Source: a bacterium BMS3Bbin05
GTDB taxonomy: Bacteria; Nitrospirota; Thermodesulfovibrionia; Thermodesulfovibrionales; BMS3Bbin05
Assembly (NCBI GenBank): GCA_002897855.1
Contig: BDTO01000057.1
Span: 39,220 to 103,219, forward strand
DNA length: 64,000 nucleotides
Direction of reading: 5' to 3'
Part shown: in pieces, positions 1 to 9,011 of the stretch
Position numbering within the stretch: position 1 is the first letter of the stretch
Layout of the letters: each line of letters starts with the position of its first letter
Made by a program: the position numbers and the translations under genes
The notes under the pieces: generated by a model
The model's database searches: none
What the model saw: the letters and a program-made list of their open reading frames with translations, nothing else
What the model was told of the DNA's origin: nothing

Positions 1-268
1 GGATCCTGATTTCACATCCTGTATATAATCTGCATTCTTCATTGGACTTGATCTCTTTACATTCCAGATAGATGTATTTGCCTGATAACTCTGTATTTTC
101 AATGGTTTTTTTTGTAAGTTTACCATCTTTTTCGATAAGTATGTAACTCAGGTCAAGAAACCTCTTCGGGTCATATGTAAGGGGTAGAACCCTTAATTGG
201 GATCCTACCCCTTTTGGTTTAGCTATTTTACCTATCGTTACAAGTCTATTTTTATTCCAGGATTTCAA
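1..268 (-). CDS. rimM: 16S rRNA processing protein RimM, N-terminal part (gene continues past the left edge)
   Basis: This gene is absent from the ORF track. It uses a TTG start at 268 that overlaps the KH-protein stop. My translation reads [37 protein letters not shown]... The VxIGKIxKPxG opening and the rpsP-KH-rimM gene order are canonical. Confidence 0.7.
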   Translation of the reverse strand, partial: MKSWNKNRLVTIGKIAKPKGVGSQLRVLPLTYDPKRFLDLSYILIEKDGKLTKKTIENTELSGKYIYLECKEIKSNEECRLYTGCEIRI

Positions 269-485
269 GTACGCAGCGTTTTCCTATCTTTGTTCCGGCT
301 GCAGATAGTATGGTCCTCATTGCGCGGGCTGTTTTGCCCTGCTTGCCGATGACCTTTCCGAGATCGCTTGAGGCAACTTTCAATTCGTATACAGTAGTTT
401 TTTCACCATCAACTTCGGTAACTTTCACCTCTTCGGGCCTGTCAACCAGAGCCTTTGCCATCATCTCAACTAATTCTTTCATCAT
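252..485 (-). CDS. KH-domain RNA-binding protein (YlqC/UPF0109 family)
   Basis: A 77-aa protein carrying the [20 protein letters not shown] motif. It sits between rpsP and rimM, the usual position for this family. Confidence 0.85.
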   Translation of the reverse strand: MMKELVEMMAKALVDRPEEVKVTEVDGEKTTVYELKVASSDLGKVIGKQGKTARAMRTILSAAGTKIGKRCVLEILE

Positions 486-503
486 CTGCTACCTCCATCG
501 GGT

Positions 504-749
504 TTAGGCTGCGTCGAGGCCAGCCCTTTGTAATAGTCTCTTAACAGAATCTGTTGGTTGTGCTCCATGCTGCAACCATGATTTTGCCTTCTCGATATCT
601 ATCATGATTTCTGACGGTTCTTTTTTGGGATCATAAGTGCCGATAATCTCTATAAAAGGGCCGTCCCTTCTTGAACGCGAATCAGCGACAACGACCCTGT
701 AAAATGGACGTTTGTGAGCACCCATCCTGGTTAATCTGATCTTGACCAA
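504..749 (-). CDS. rpsP: 30S ribosomal protein S16
   Basis: The [29 protein letters not shown] sequence is a clear S16 signature. The ORF track extends to 767, but AGGAGG (762-757) lies 7 nt upstream of the TTG at 749, which gives MVKIRL. The ATG at 755 is an alternative start. Confidence 0.95.
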   Translation of the reverse strand: MVKIRLTRMGAHKRPFYRVVVADSRSRRDGPFIEIIGTYDPKKEPSEIMIDIEKAKSWLQHGAQPTDSVKRLLQRAGLDAA

Positions 750-783
750 CTCCATACCTCCTTTCAACTTATAGCGATAACAT

Positions 784-813
784 ATTATCCCGGCTATTCG
801 GGAAGATTTTCAA
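784..813 (-). promoter_or_regulatory. Candidate sigma-70 promoter for rpsP (TTGAAA-N18-GATAAT)
   Basis: Read on the minus strand, the hexamers lie about 35 nt upstream of the rpsP start. The call rests on the sequence pattern alone. Confidence 0.3.
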
Positions 814-949
814 GATATAAATTTTAATATAATCCGTGAATAAAGTAAAGGGCGCAAATTGACCAAATTGAGTCATCTAACCCGCATTATTCCTGAATCG
901 GGCGCCGGGCGGATGGCGGAAATGGCTCGAATCCGTATATGCACTATAT

Positions 950-1094
950 AGAGTCTGTGTATAAAGACAGTCCCTCTATCTGTCATTCCGGCAGTTCTTA
1001 AGCCGGAATCTATTCTTTTCAATAAGTTTCGGATACCCGATTACAGACTTCGGGCATGACAAAAATAAAAAACGGCAGTTTATACACAGACACT
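950..1094 (+). mobile_element. MITE family 1, copy A (145 bp)
   Basis: The ends AGAGTCTGTGTATAAA and TTTATACACAGACACT are reverse complements. The element is flanked by ATAT on both sides and contains an internal ATTCCGGC-N9-GCCGGAAT hairpin. Confidence 0.85.
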
Positions 1095-1098
1095 ATAT

Positions 1099-1243
1099 AG
1101 AGTCTGTCCATAAAGACAGTCCCTCTATCTGTCATTCCGGCAGTTCTTAAGCCGGAATCTATTCTTTTCAATAAGTTCCGGATACCCGATTACAGATTTC
1201 GGGCATGACAAAAACAAGAAATGGCAGTTTATACACAGACTCT
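1099..1243 (+). mobile_element. MITE family 1, copy B (tandem with A)
   Basis: Same ends and internal hairpins as copy A. It is separated from A by exactly ATAT and is followed by ATAT. Confidence 0.85.
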
Positions 1244-1469
1244 ATATATACTTGTGGAGGAAGAAAGACCTGATTGCATGAAAATCGTTATGAATGAGGT
1301 GGCAGTGAAAACCGGCGGGCCGGACATGCGGATTTTTACACATACGCCGTCCGCAGTGATGGTTTATGACTTATCCGGGCTAATCAAGGGGCAATCGCCG
1401 GACTTAACGATACGAGCTTCGTATTTGCACCAGTCGGCGGGTACGGGTCTTTTGTATCCTTATTACTTA

Positions 1470-2351
1470 TCAAAGACTTTTATACCACTTTGCCAGTTCT
1501 GATCCAATCAGGTGTGGATTGTCTTCCTGAAGATAATGAATCCCTTTTCCAATGTCTATTGTTTTTAGATTTTTCAGATTTTGTTGACACCACTCGACCA
1601 CTGTCGAAGTTATAATGCCGCCGGGATTTGCAAAAAACAGTAATTTCGAAAGATCGGATTCCTGTAGTTTCCGGCTGTAATATTGAACAATTTCGGTTAC
1701 ATCAACCGGTTGCCCGTCAATAGGGATTTCGTTCGGCCAACGCCGGATGGGTTTCCGGTCTTTAAGTCTCTTGAAAGGTTCTCTATAGTAGTTTTTCTCT
1801 TTTTCAGTCAGATTGCGGACTATAGCCTTTGGCAGGATTTGTTCAATGAATATATTCATAACCACAATCAATAGCCAACCGATGACCGGGGTTCTAAAAA
1901 GCCTGAATCCCAACTTAAAGTCCTTCGGGAAATCGTTCCATGTAGCAGTTTTCAGTATCGCTTCCATAAAAGCAATCCCCTTGATGTTTTTTTCATGATG
2001 CATTGCGTAGTGGAAACCGAGGGCAGAACCCCAATCGTGAATAACAAAAGTAATATTCCTGAGACCCTTTTTTTCGATAAAGCCTTCCACATATTTTACA
2101 TGGTCAACAAACCGGTAATCGATGTTGGGTTTATCCGACTTGCCCATTCCGATGAGGTCGGGTGCTATGCATCGTCCACAGGAGCTCAGGTAGGGAATAA
2201 TATTGCGCCACAAATATGAAGATGTGGGATTACCATGGAGAAAGATGATGGGGTCACCTGATCCTTCATCGATATAGTGGATTTTGGAACCATGAATGTC
2301 GACATAGTTTGACTTGAAAGGAAAATCCGATGATATATCCTGATGATCCAT
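1470..2351 (-). CDS. Haloalkane dehalogenase (alpha/beta hydrolase, HLD-II-like)
   Basis: Recognised from FLHGNPTSSYLWRNIIP, the nucleophile elbow VIHDWGSALG, and the C-terminal GIHYLQEDNP motif. The 293-aa length fits the family. Confidence 0.9.
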   Translation of the reverse strand: MDHQDISSDFPFKSNYVDIHGSKIHYIDEGSGDPIIFLHGNPTSSYLWRNIIPYLSSCGRCIAPDLIGMGKSDKPNIDYRFVDHVKYVEGFIEKKGLRNITFVIHDWGSALGFHYAMHHEKNIKGIAFMEAILKTATWNDFPKDFKLGFRLFRTPVIGWLLIVVMNIFIEQILPKAIVRNLTEKEKNYYREPFKRLKDRKPIRRWPNEIPIDGQPVDVTEIVQYYSRKLQESDLSKLLFFANPGGIITSTVVEWCQQNLKNLKTIDIGKGIHYLQEDNPHLIGSELAKWYKSL

Positions 2352-2382
2352 TTGTTATGTCCCGATTATTTCGTTTAACGCC

Positions 2383-3591
2383 TCAACGATTGGATAGCAG
2401 TTTCTTTAACCTGTTAAATTCACTAAGGGATCTCGATACACAGTCTTCGATTGATACTCCTGAAAAATAATTTCCTGTTAATAGAATACTCTTATCGGCG
2501 ATGAGACTGTCAAGCGTATTGATTAACCTGCCGTGTCCAATCTTCGGTGAGGGGACAGAATTTTCTTTTGCAATGACATGATTCAATTGATCCCTTTGTA
2601 CCCCCAGCACTTCACCGATTCGTTTGAGTTTTAATTCCATGTCCATAATATCCGGCCTGAAATGAAAGGTGAAACCTCTATAATGTTCATCTATAACGGT
2701 ATCTCTCGACACAATTGAGAAGAAACTGTCTTTTAGGGGAATAATACCCGCAAAGGGTTCTAAAGAGACCATCTCTTTTTTCACTGCTACACCTACTGAT
2801 TCGACTTTTGCCATCTTTATTCGGGATAATTGCTGAGAGATATCAGGGAATGGACTCTGAAGGAGTTCTGCTGCCACTGATACAGGATTTGCCAATGCTA
2901 AACTTGAAGACAGATAACGACTACCGTCCCCCGTTTCAATCTCATACTGATTATCAATAGACTGGATTGACTTAACTTCTTTGCCTGTTTGAACTTCTAT
3001 TCCCTGCTGTGAGGCTATTGAGTCAGTAATAGTCTGGAGGCCATCCCGAAAGGTGTATTTTTTAAGTATATCCTTGCGGCGAATACGCTTTTTGAAGAGG
3101 ATATCGGCAGGGAAGTCATTGGTCCGTTGAGAAGCTACTGCATTAAAGATATGTGAAAATACTCTCTCAAAATTGTGCTTTCCCACAATTCTTGAATAAT
3201 AAGACTCAACACTCTCTCCCTGTTTTTTCAGAGTAAATATTCCGGGGGCTGAATACAGGAGTTCCATGAAATTAATCTGTGAAGGAATAGATTTGATCTG
3301 ATTATCAACCAGCATCCTGAAAGGGACTTTTTCCATCGGAATCATTCGGTCACGAATTCTACAGTCTTCGATAATCCCTATTAAGTTGCGATAGGAATTG
3401 TAACAGGTATGGGCGCCTGCTTCAATCCAGAAATCCGGGGCTTCACCCTCGAAACGATGCGAGTGAAAAGTACCCCCAACTCTATTGCTCTTTTCTATTA
3501 CTAAAGTCTTGAGCCCTTCTTTTGTACAATAATGTGATAGACTCAAGCCACTTATGCCGGCACCTATGATGATAATATCATACATATTCAT
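2383..3591 (-). CDS. FAD/NAD(P)-binding oxidoreductase (protoporphyrinogen/amine oxidase-like)
   Basis: The N-terminal DIIIIGAGISGLSLSHY...VIEKSNRVGG is a dinucleotide-binding fold. The specific function was not resolved. Confidence 0.6.
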   Translation of the reverse strand: MNMYDIIIIGAGISGLSLSHYCTKEGLKTLVIEKSNRVGGTFHSHRFEGEAPDFWIEAGAHTCYNSYRNLIGIIEDCRIRDRMIPMEKVPFRMLVDNQIKSIPSQINFMELLYSAPGIFTLKKQGESVESYYSRIVGKHNFERVFSHIFNAVASQRTNDFPADILFKKRIRRKDILKKYTFRDGLQTITDSIASQQGIEVQTGKEVKSIQSIDNQYEIETGDGSRYLSSSLALANPVSVAAELLQSPFPDISQQLSRIKMAKVESVGVAVKKEMVSLEPFAGIIPLKDSFFSIVSRDTVIDEHYRGFTFHFRPDIMDMELKLKRIGEVLGVQRDQLNHVIAKENSVPSPKIGHGRLINTLDSLIADKSILLTGNYFSGVSIEDCVSRSLSEFNRLKKLLSNR

Positions 3592-3666
3592 TAATAATGA
3601 GACGTTCTATTATTCAATATCTTCCAACCCTGAATTTTAATGTCAAGACTTTCAACTTCTATAATA

Positions 3667-4488
3667 TCAACTTGAGTGTTTTTCCGCCCGCGGCGATTTG
3701 CCGAAAGTCAGCCCTGTCCTGTTCCATCTCATCCCGTCGGTACCATATGAGTAGATAACCTGTCGGACTTTACCTATAACATCTCTGAGCGGCACAGGAC
3801 CGAAGTCCCTGCTGTCATGGCAACGGCTGCCCTTCCTGCTTTCACACAGCACGAATATGGTGCCATGGGGAACAGTATATTCCTGTCCGCCTTCAAGGTC
3901 CAAGACATCGCCCGGTAATCCTGCTATTCTTCTGAGAAAGACCTTTCTTCTGTCATCGGGATATACAAAAACTATAATATCACCCTTCTGGGGAGACTTC
4001 CGCTTATAGGCCGTTTTGTCCGCAATTACTCTATCACCTTTCAACACCACCGGCTGATGGTAGTCGACCGGGATTTTGTAGAGTGCAAAAACATTGTCGC
4101 GGATATACAAGTTTGCGGTCCCGGTAATAAAAAAACAAAGCGCCCATGCCGCAATATAAAAATACCACTTGTTATAAAACTTTAGTTTATACCCAACTCC
4201 TTGTTTTGAGGATTTTCTATATGCCTCAACAATTGAATATATATAGACGCTTAGTGTTGCTCCCAGCGAGAGAGTGATACCAACGATAAAATATTTATCC
4301 GGCAGATAGACCGACAGTCTGAAACCAACGACAAACGTCACGATGAAAACAACAAAAAGGCTTACACCTTTTAATAATCCGCCATTGTAAATCTGCCCCA
4401 TCCCTGTCATAGTCATGCCCATAACAGCGGCGATCCAGCTCTTTCTTTCTATGATTTCTTCTTCATGTTTCATATCTGCCTCCATCAT
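3667..4488 (-). CDS. Signal peptidase I (S26) homologue with substituted catalytic residues, fused to an N-terminal multi-TM region
   Basis: S26 boxes are recognisable: GDRVIADKTAY, FLRRIAGLPGD and HDSRDFGPVP. However, the SGSMxPT nucleophile box reads VDYHQPV, and the general-base K of (I/V)KR reads LRR. Confidence 0.7.
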   Translation of the reverse strand: MMEADMKHEEEIIERKSWIAAVMGMTMTGMGQIYNGGLLKGVSLFVVFIVTFVVGFRLSVYLPDKYFIVGITLSLGATLSVYIYSIVEAYRKSSKQGVGYKLKFYNKWYFYIAAWALCFFITGTANLYIRDNVFALYKIPVDYHQPVVLKGDRVIADKTAYKRKSPQKGDIIVFVYPDDRRKVFLRRIAGLPGDVLDLEGGQEYTVPHGTIFVLCESRKGSRCHDSRDFGPVPLRDVIGKVRQVIYSYGTDGMRWNRTGLTFGKSPRAEKHSS

Positions 4489-4531
4489 GTTTTTAACTAT
4501 GAGTACGGGATAAGTGTAAAAAGGTTCCCTG

Positions 4532-4747
4532 TTATCTGCATATTACGGGAGCAAAGACGGTAAGATAGAGCCTGGTAAGGTTCCAGATACCGAGGACCAG
4601 CCCGCCTGCGGACATTGCGTAACGTACGAGCCTTGAAGAAATAAGTCTTTGAGAAAGCGGGATATTCATTTCTTTTGTCTTTTCACAGGAATAGACATCC
4701 CTCATGACCTTCGATACAAAATCATCTGAAGGTTTAAATTTTTTCAT
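4532..4747 (-). CDS. Putative anti-sigma factor (small single-pass membrane protein)
   Basis: The MKKFKPSDDF start overlaps the sigma-gene stop by 14 nt, and the C-terminus is hydrophobic (GGLVLGIWNLTRLYLTVFAPVI). The call rests on position, because no zf-HC2 motif is present. Confidence 0.4.
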   Translation of the reverse strand: MKKFKPSDDFVSKVMRDVYSCEKTKEMNIPLSQRLISSRLVRYAMSAGGLVLGIWNLTRLYLTVFAPVICR

Positions 4748-5297
4748 AACCCTTGCCTCCAAAATACTCCCTGACAAAAATTTTAAGCCTTTCCCTTGCC
4801 CTGAAAAGCCTCGATTTTGCCGTCCCGGGAGCTATATCTTCGCCTTTTGCTATCTCATCCATAGAATCTCCCTGCAAACTCCTCAGGATTATACTTCGAT
4901 GATGCTCCGGCAATTGTTCCAATGAAGCCTTTACTGCCTGCCTGCGTTCATTCTCAATAAGCCTCTCCATACCTGTTTTATCATCAGCTATAATACCGGC
5001 CGCATCCTCTAATGCGATCATTTTCCGGCCTCGTTTCTTTCTGAGTTCACTGATGCAGCGGTTTCTTGCAGTGATAAAGAGCCAGGCGGAAAAAGGGGTG
5101 CTTCTATTATCGTCGAAATTTTTTAGAGACTTGTATACACTGAGGAAAACCTCCTGCCCGATGTCTTCTACAATGTCTTCATCGCCTACGAGACTGTAAA
5201 TAAAATTAAGCAGGTGCCGGTGGTACTTTTCTACAAGAATCGAGAATGCCTCTATATCCCCGTCCTTAACCAACCTTACCACATCGATGTCTTCCAC
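4734..5297 (-). CDS. ECF-type RNA polymerase sigma factor (sigma-70 family, regions 2 and 4)
   Basis: Region 2 reads EVFLSVYKSLKNFDDNRSTPFSAWLFITARNRCISELRKK. Region 4 reads SMDEIAKGEDIAPGTAKSRLFRARERLK. The gene uses a GTG start. Confidence 0.9.
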   Translation of the reverse strand: MEDIDVVRLVKDGDIEAFSILVEKYHRHLLNFIYSLVGDEDIVEDIGQEVFLSVYKSLKNFDDNRSTPFSAWLFITARNRCISELRKKRGRKMIALEDAAGIIADDKTGMERLIENERRQAVKASLEQLPEHHRSIILRSLQGDSMDEIAKGEDIAPGTAKSRLFRARERLKIFVREYFGGKGYEKI

Positions 5298-5332
5298 AAA
5301 AACCCCTTCGACTCAGTCTTGTGTTCATAGTT

Positions 5333-5477
5333 AGTGTCTGTGTATAAACTGCCGTTTTTTATTTTTGTCATGCCCGAAGTCTGTAATCGGGCATCCGGAA
5401 CTTATTGAAAAGAATAGATTCCGGCTTAAGAACTGCCGGAATGACAGATAGAGAGACTTACTTTATACACAGACTCT
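5333..5477 (-). mobile_element. MITE family 1, copy C (inverted orientation)
   Basis: A full-length 145-bp copy flanked by AGTT on both sides. It lies 36 bp upstream of the ECF sigma start codon. Confidence 0.85.
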
Positions 5478-5604
5478 AGTTAGATACGCAATATCTCTTA
5501 GAAAGTTCCCGGTATCCTTTCAAAGAAGAAAATTTAATTTTTTCCAATAAGGGATGTTTTTTCTTTTGACAACCGGAAGTCTTATAAGAATTAGGCGATT
5601 TTAT

Positions 5605-8424
5605 TCACCCTGTCGTCATTATGCGGGATAATTCTTTTTTCAAATCTTTCATCTGAAACGGCTTAATGAGCCGACCCCTGAATCCATAGTCTGTGTAATT
5701 GGCCATAACAGGATCAGTTGAGTAGCCGCTGGAAACAATAATCTTTGCCTCGGGATCAATGGCAAGAAGTTCCTTGACTGCTTCTTTACCGCCCATGCCG
5801 CCGGGGATGATTAAATCCATAATCACAATATCAAAGGGATTGCCGCTTTTGGCGGCAGCGATATATTTTTCTATTGCTTCTTTTCCATCCGCAGCAAAAT
5901 CAACCGTATATCCACATGAGCCAAGCATTGCTGCTGTGACATTTCTGACTATTTTTTCATCATCCATGACCAGTATGTGTCCGGACGAAGATTTCGGTTT
6001 TTCAGTCAAATCCGGGTGAGTCGTGGTTATTGGTTTCCGGGAAGACTTCTCAGCCGGGATATAAAGGGTAAAGGTTGTGCCAACTCCAGGTGTGGAATCA
6101 AGGCTGATGTGGCCGTTATGTTTTGTAATAATACTATGTACTTTTGCCAGTCCCAGACCGCTACCGATCCGCCTGGTACTAAAAAAAGGATCAAATATCT
6201 TCTCGATATGTTTTGGGAGAATGCCTACCCCTTCATCCCGAATGCTGAGCTTGACAAAATCGCCTGATAAATGATGTGTAACGATTTTATTAAGGTTTTC
6301 AATATTTTCAGCATCAATATACAGGTTGCCTCCCTCAGGCATGGCCTGTTTGGCATTAATAGTCAGATTGGCGATCACCTGGTTGATCTGTCCTTTATCA
6401 GCATTAACCTGCCATAAATTATCAGGCAGGTTAAAATGTGCTTTCACATCGCTGCCACTCAAGTTGAACCTTACTGTGGTTTGAACAACCGCGTTCAGAT
6501 CTACCGTTTCCAATATGGGGTCTCCGCCTTTGGCAAAGGTAAGAAGATGTTTCCCCAAGTTGGTCGCTCTCTCCAATGCCTGATTAGCGGTTTCAAGGTA
6601 GGTATAGGCAGGATGACCCCGGGGAGTTTTCAGCTTTGCCAGCTCAATATTCCCGAATAGCCCCGTGAGTATATTATTGAAGTCATGAGCAATGCCTCCA
6701 GCCAGCACACCGACAGATTCAAGTTTTTTGGACTTTAAGAGTTCTGCTTCTGTTTTCAGTTGTTCAGTAACATCACGAAAAACAAGAACAACGCCCCGGA
6801 TATTATTTTCTATATCTGTGATGGGAGTAGCGCTGTCGGCAATATTGTACTCAGTTCCATCTTTTGAAATAAGAATAATATGATTTCCAAGTCCGACAAT
6901 CTGTCCCTCCGCCAATGCTCTGCTGACCGGATTGGGTGCTACCTCTCTGGTATTTTCATCGATGATGTTAAATACTTCGGTAAGGGGTTTACCTTTTGCT
7001 TCTTCCGCTTTCCAACCGGTGAGTTTTTCCGCAACCATATTTACTATCTCAACTCTTCCTGACTTATCAGTAGTGATAACCCCGTCACCAATAGAACGTA
7101 TAGTTATAGAAAGCTGTTCTCTTTCATTCAGAAGTTCTTGCTGAGCATGGATCTTGTCCTGTAGCATCTTGTTGGCATCTCTCGCCATCTCCTCGAATTC
7201 AACAAATCGAACCATATCCAGGTCAATTGGTTTATTAGAAAAAGCCGCCCGGTTTAAAAATGAGATAAACAGGCTGAAATCATTTTTAAGTCTGCGGGTC
7301 AGCCAGTTAAATAAAAACAGAAAAATAGCTACTATTCCCATAGCGATTATTATGAAATAGAACATTTTTGCCTTGAGCTGATTGTCTAATTTGGTTCTCA
7401 TCAAGGCAATATCCCTTTCCACATCATCGAGATAAAAGCCGGCACCGACAAGCCATTGCCAATCAGGAATTCCGTAAATAAAAGAGGCTTTCGGCGATAC
7501 TTTATCAGGATCGGTTAACTTAATATGCGAGTAATAAATATAATCACCTTCAGGTTCTAAGGCGGCATTGTACTCCTTTTTAAAAACATTTTTCATCTTT
7601 TCAGGATTCTTATTAAAAACCTCCCATAGTTTTTTTGTTCCCGAAAAAAGTCTTCCGTTTGAAACTAAAGCATCCCCATTTAATCTATTAATAAAAATAT
7701 ATCCTTCTTTGCCAAACCTGATTCTGCTAATGGTTGCCAGCAAATCCGCCTTTATTTGTTTTTCAGCATCATCAACATATACTCCGGCACCAATTAACCA
7801 ATTATAAGGTTTAAATAGCTTGATAAAAGTAATTCTTTTAAAATTTCCCTTTAAGCCAGAATTTGGTTTTGGCCAATAACTTGTTACAAATCCCTCGCTT
7901 TTTTCTCTAAACAATCCTAATTCTTCTTTCACGACATATTTACCTTTAGAATCTTGCAAATTAATAATATTTCTACCCTCAAAGGAAGGGATTATCGTAT
8001 GTAAAATATTTTTGCCTGATAAAGAATTTATAAAGTAGTATCCCTGGCTATTATTAGAGCGGATCGATCTTAAGACAGTTATAATAATTTTTTGTATTTT
8101 GTCTTTACTTTTAATATCTTTAAATTTATCATAAATACTTTGAGCGATCTTATACGCATCATAAACTTTTTTTTTGATTATCTCTTTTGCTGATATCTCG
8201 CTTCGTGCTCTTTCATGGTTTACCATATCGACAACACGATGAACTTCTTGTTTTATCATCCATTTCTGCTGTGCAACGTAATCTGCACGCATTTTTTTCG
8301 CACGAATATTGAAATCTCGGTAGCTATTCACAATATCAAGGCTGATAGTGATACCTGCAAGAGCTATCAAGAGAAAGATTCCCCATAATTTAATGAATTT
8401 GATAAAATTGATTTTTTGTTTCAT
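5605..8424 (-). CDS. Hybrid sensor histidine kinase/response regulator (double-Cache periplasmic domain, PAS, HisKA, HATPase, REC)
   Basis: Two TM segments flank a roughly 320-aa region with repeated GY(Y/I)FIN Cache motifs. Other marks are the H-box GGIAHDFNNIL, an ATPase G-box, and a C-terminal receiver (LVMDDE...IMDLIIPG). Confidence 0.9.
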   Translation of the reverse strand: MKQKINFIKFIKLWGIFLLIALAGITISLDIVNSYRDFNIRAKKMRADYVAQQKWMIKQEVHRVVDMVNHERARSEISAKEIIKKKVYDAYKIAQSIYDKFKDIKSKDKIQKIIITVLRSIRSNNSQGYYFINSLSGKNILHTIIPSFEGRNIINLQDSKGKYVVKEELGLFREKSEGFVTSYWPKPNSGLKGNFKRITFIKLFKPYNWLIGAGVYVDDAEKQIKADLLATISRIRFGKEGYIFINRLNGDALVSNGRLFSGTKKLWEVFNKNPEKMKNVFKKEYNAALEPEGDYIYYSHIKLTDPDKVSPKASFIYGIPDWQWLVGAGFYLDDVERDIALMRTKLDNQLKAKMFYFIIIAMGIVAIFLFLFNWLTRRLKNDFSLFISFLNRAAFSNKPIDLDMVRFVEFEEMARDANKMLQDKIHAQQELLNEREQLSITIRSIGDGVITTDKSGRVEIVNMVAEKLTGWKAEEAKGKPLTEVFNIIDENTREVAPNPVSRALAEGQIVGLGNHIILISKDGTEYNIADSATPITDIENNIRGVVLVFRDVTEQLKTEAELLKSKKLESVGVLAGGIAHDFNNILTGLFGNIELAKLKTPRGHPAYTYLETANQALERATNLGKHLLTFAKGGDPILETVDLNAVVQTTVRFNLSGSDVKAHFNLPDNLWQVNADKGQINQVIANLTINAKQAMPEGGNLYIDAENIENLNKIVTHHLSGDFVKLSIRDEGVGILPKHIEKIFDPFFSTRRIGSGLGLAKVHSIITKHNGHISLDSTPGVGTTFTLYIPAEKSSRKPITTTHPDLTEKPKSSSGHILVMDDEKIVRNVTAAMLGSCGYTVDFAADGKEAIEKYIAAAKSGNPFDIVIMDLIIPGGMGGKEAVKELLAIDPEAKIIVSSGYSTDPVMANYTDYGFRGRLIKPFQMKDLKKELSRIMTTG

Positions 8425-8618
8425 AATCGTTTTTTCGCTGTTCTATTCTTATCAGTCTAACGCTCTGCTTGAGAGCCCGGGTTTTGAGCGCCGGCGAAAA
8501 ACCCAACCCTGCTCAAAGCTGTTGTTAGGCTTCTTACCGAAAATTCTCTTTTGCGTTTGCCTGATAACCAGGCATAGCGATACCGCCCCCGTACTTAGCA
8601 ACGTTAATGGCGAATGAT

Positions 8619-9011
8619 TTACTTAACAATCATGATCACGATTTCGGTCGTCATGTTTTTGTCTAAGGCATACCATCCCGGAAGCTTATTATTGTTTTGA
8701 ACATTGATTTGATTTTTCGACATTACTGCTCCCATCCCTAATCCTGGATTGCCGTTGTATAAGATCCAGCTGCCAAAATTATCGAGTAATGACCATTTGG
8801 GCAGCTGTCGGCGATACCATCGGCGTACATCATCAGGGGGAGTGCTTGTCACGAAACGAAATCCAAGATCCTTGCTCCCAAAGACAAACATAGCCGTGGA
8901 AAACAGGGGGACGCCTGCAGCCTTAATCAACTGGGTATCCGATGGTTGAAGGTTTGCTGCATATGAATACGTAGAACAAATGAGAAATAAAATGAAGATC
9001 AATTTTTTCAT
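8619..9011 (-). CDS. Hypothetical secreted protein
   Basis: Signal peptide MKKLIFILFLICSTYSYA is present, but no recognisable domain. Confidence 0.5.
   Translation of the reverse strand: MKKLIFILFLICSTYSYAANLQPSDTQLIKAAGVPLFSTAMFVFGSKDLGFRFVTSTPPDDVRRWYRRQLPKWSLLDNFGSWILYNGNPGLGMGAVMSKNQINVQNNNKLPGWYALDKNMTTEIVIMIVK

Noticed and set aside
1-206. GGATCC at position 1-6 and again at 201-206, as a possible cloning-site boundary
   Set aside because: It could indicate a BamHI/Sau3AI-derived insert end, but a 6-mer at the edge has no biological meaning and cannot be tested from the sequence.
950-1243. Possibility that the regularly sized repeats form a CRISPR array
   Set aside because: Only two units are adjacent and they are separated by 4 bp. 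The units are 145 bp with terminal inverted repeats and there are no unique spacers. No cas genes are present in the window.
1221-1502. 93-aa ORF starting inside MITE copy B
   Set aside because: The start codon and first residues come from the repeat's right end. There is no RBS and no recognisable domain, and it overlaps the 3' end of the dehalogenase gene on the opposite strand.
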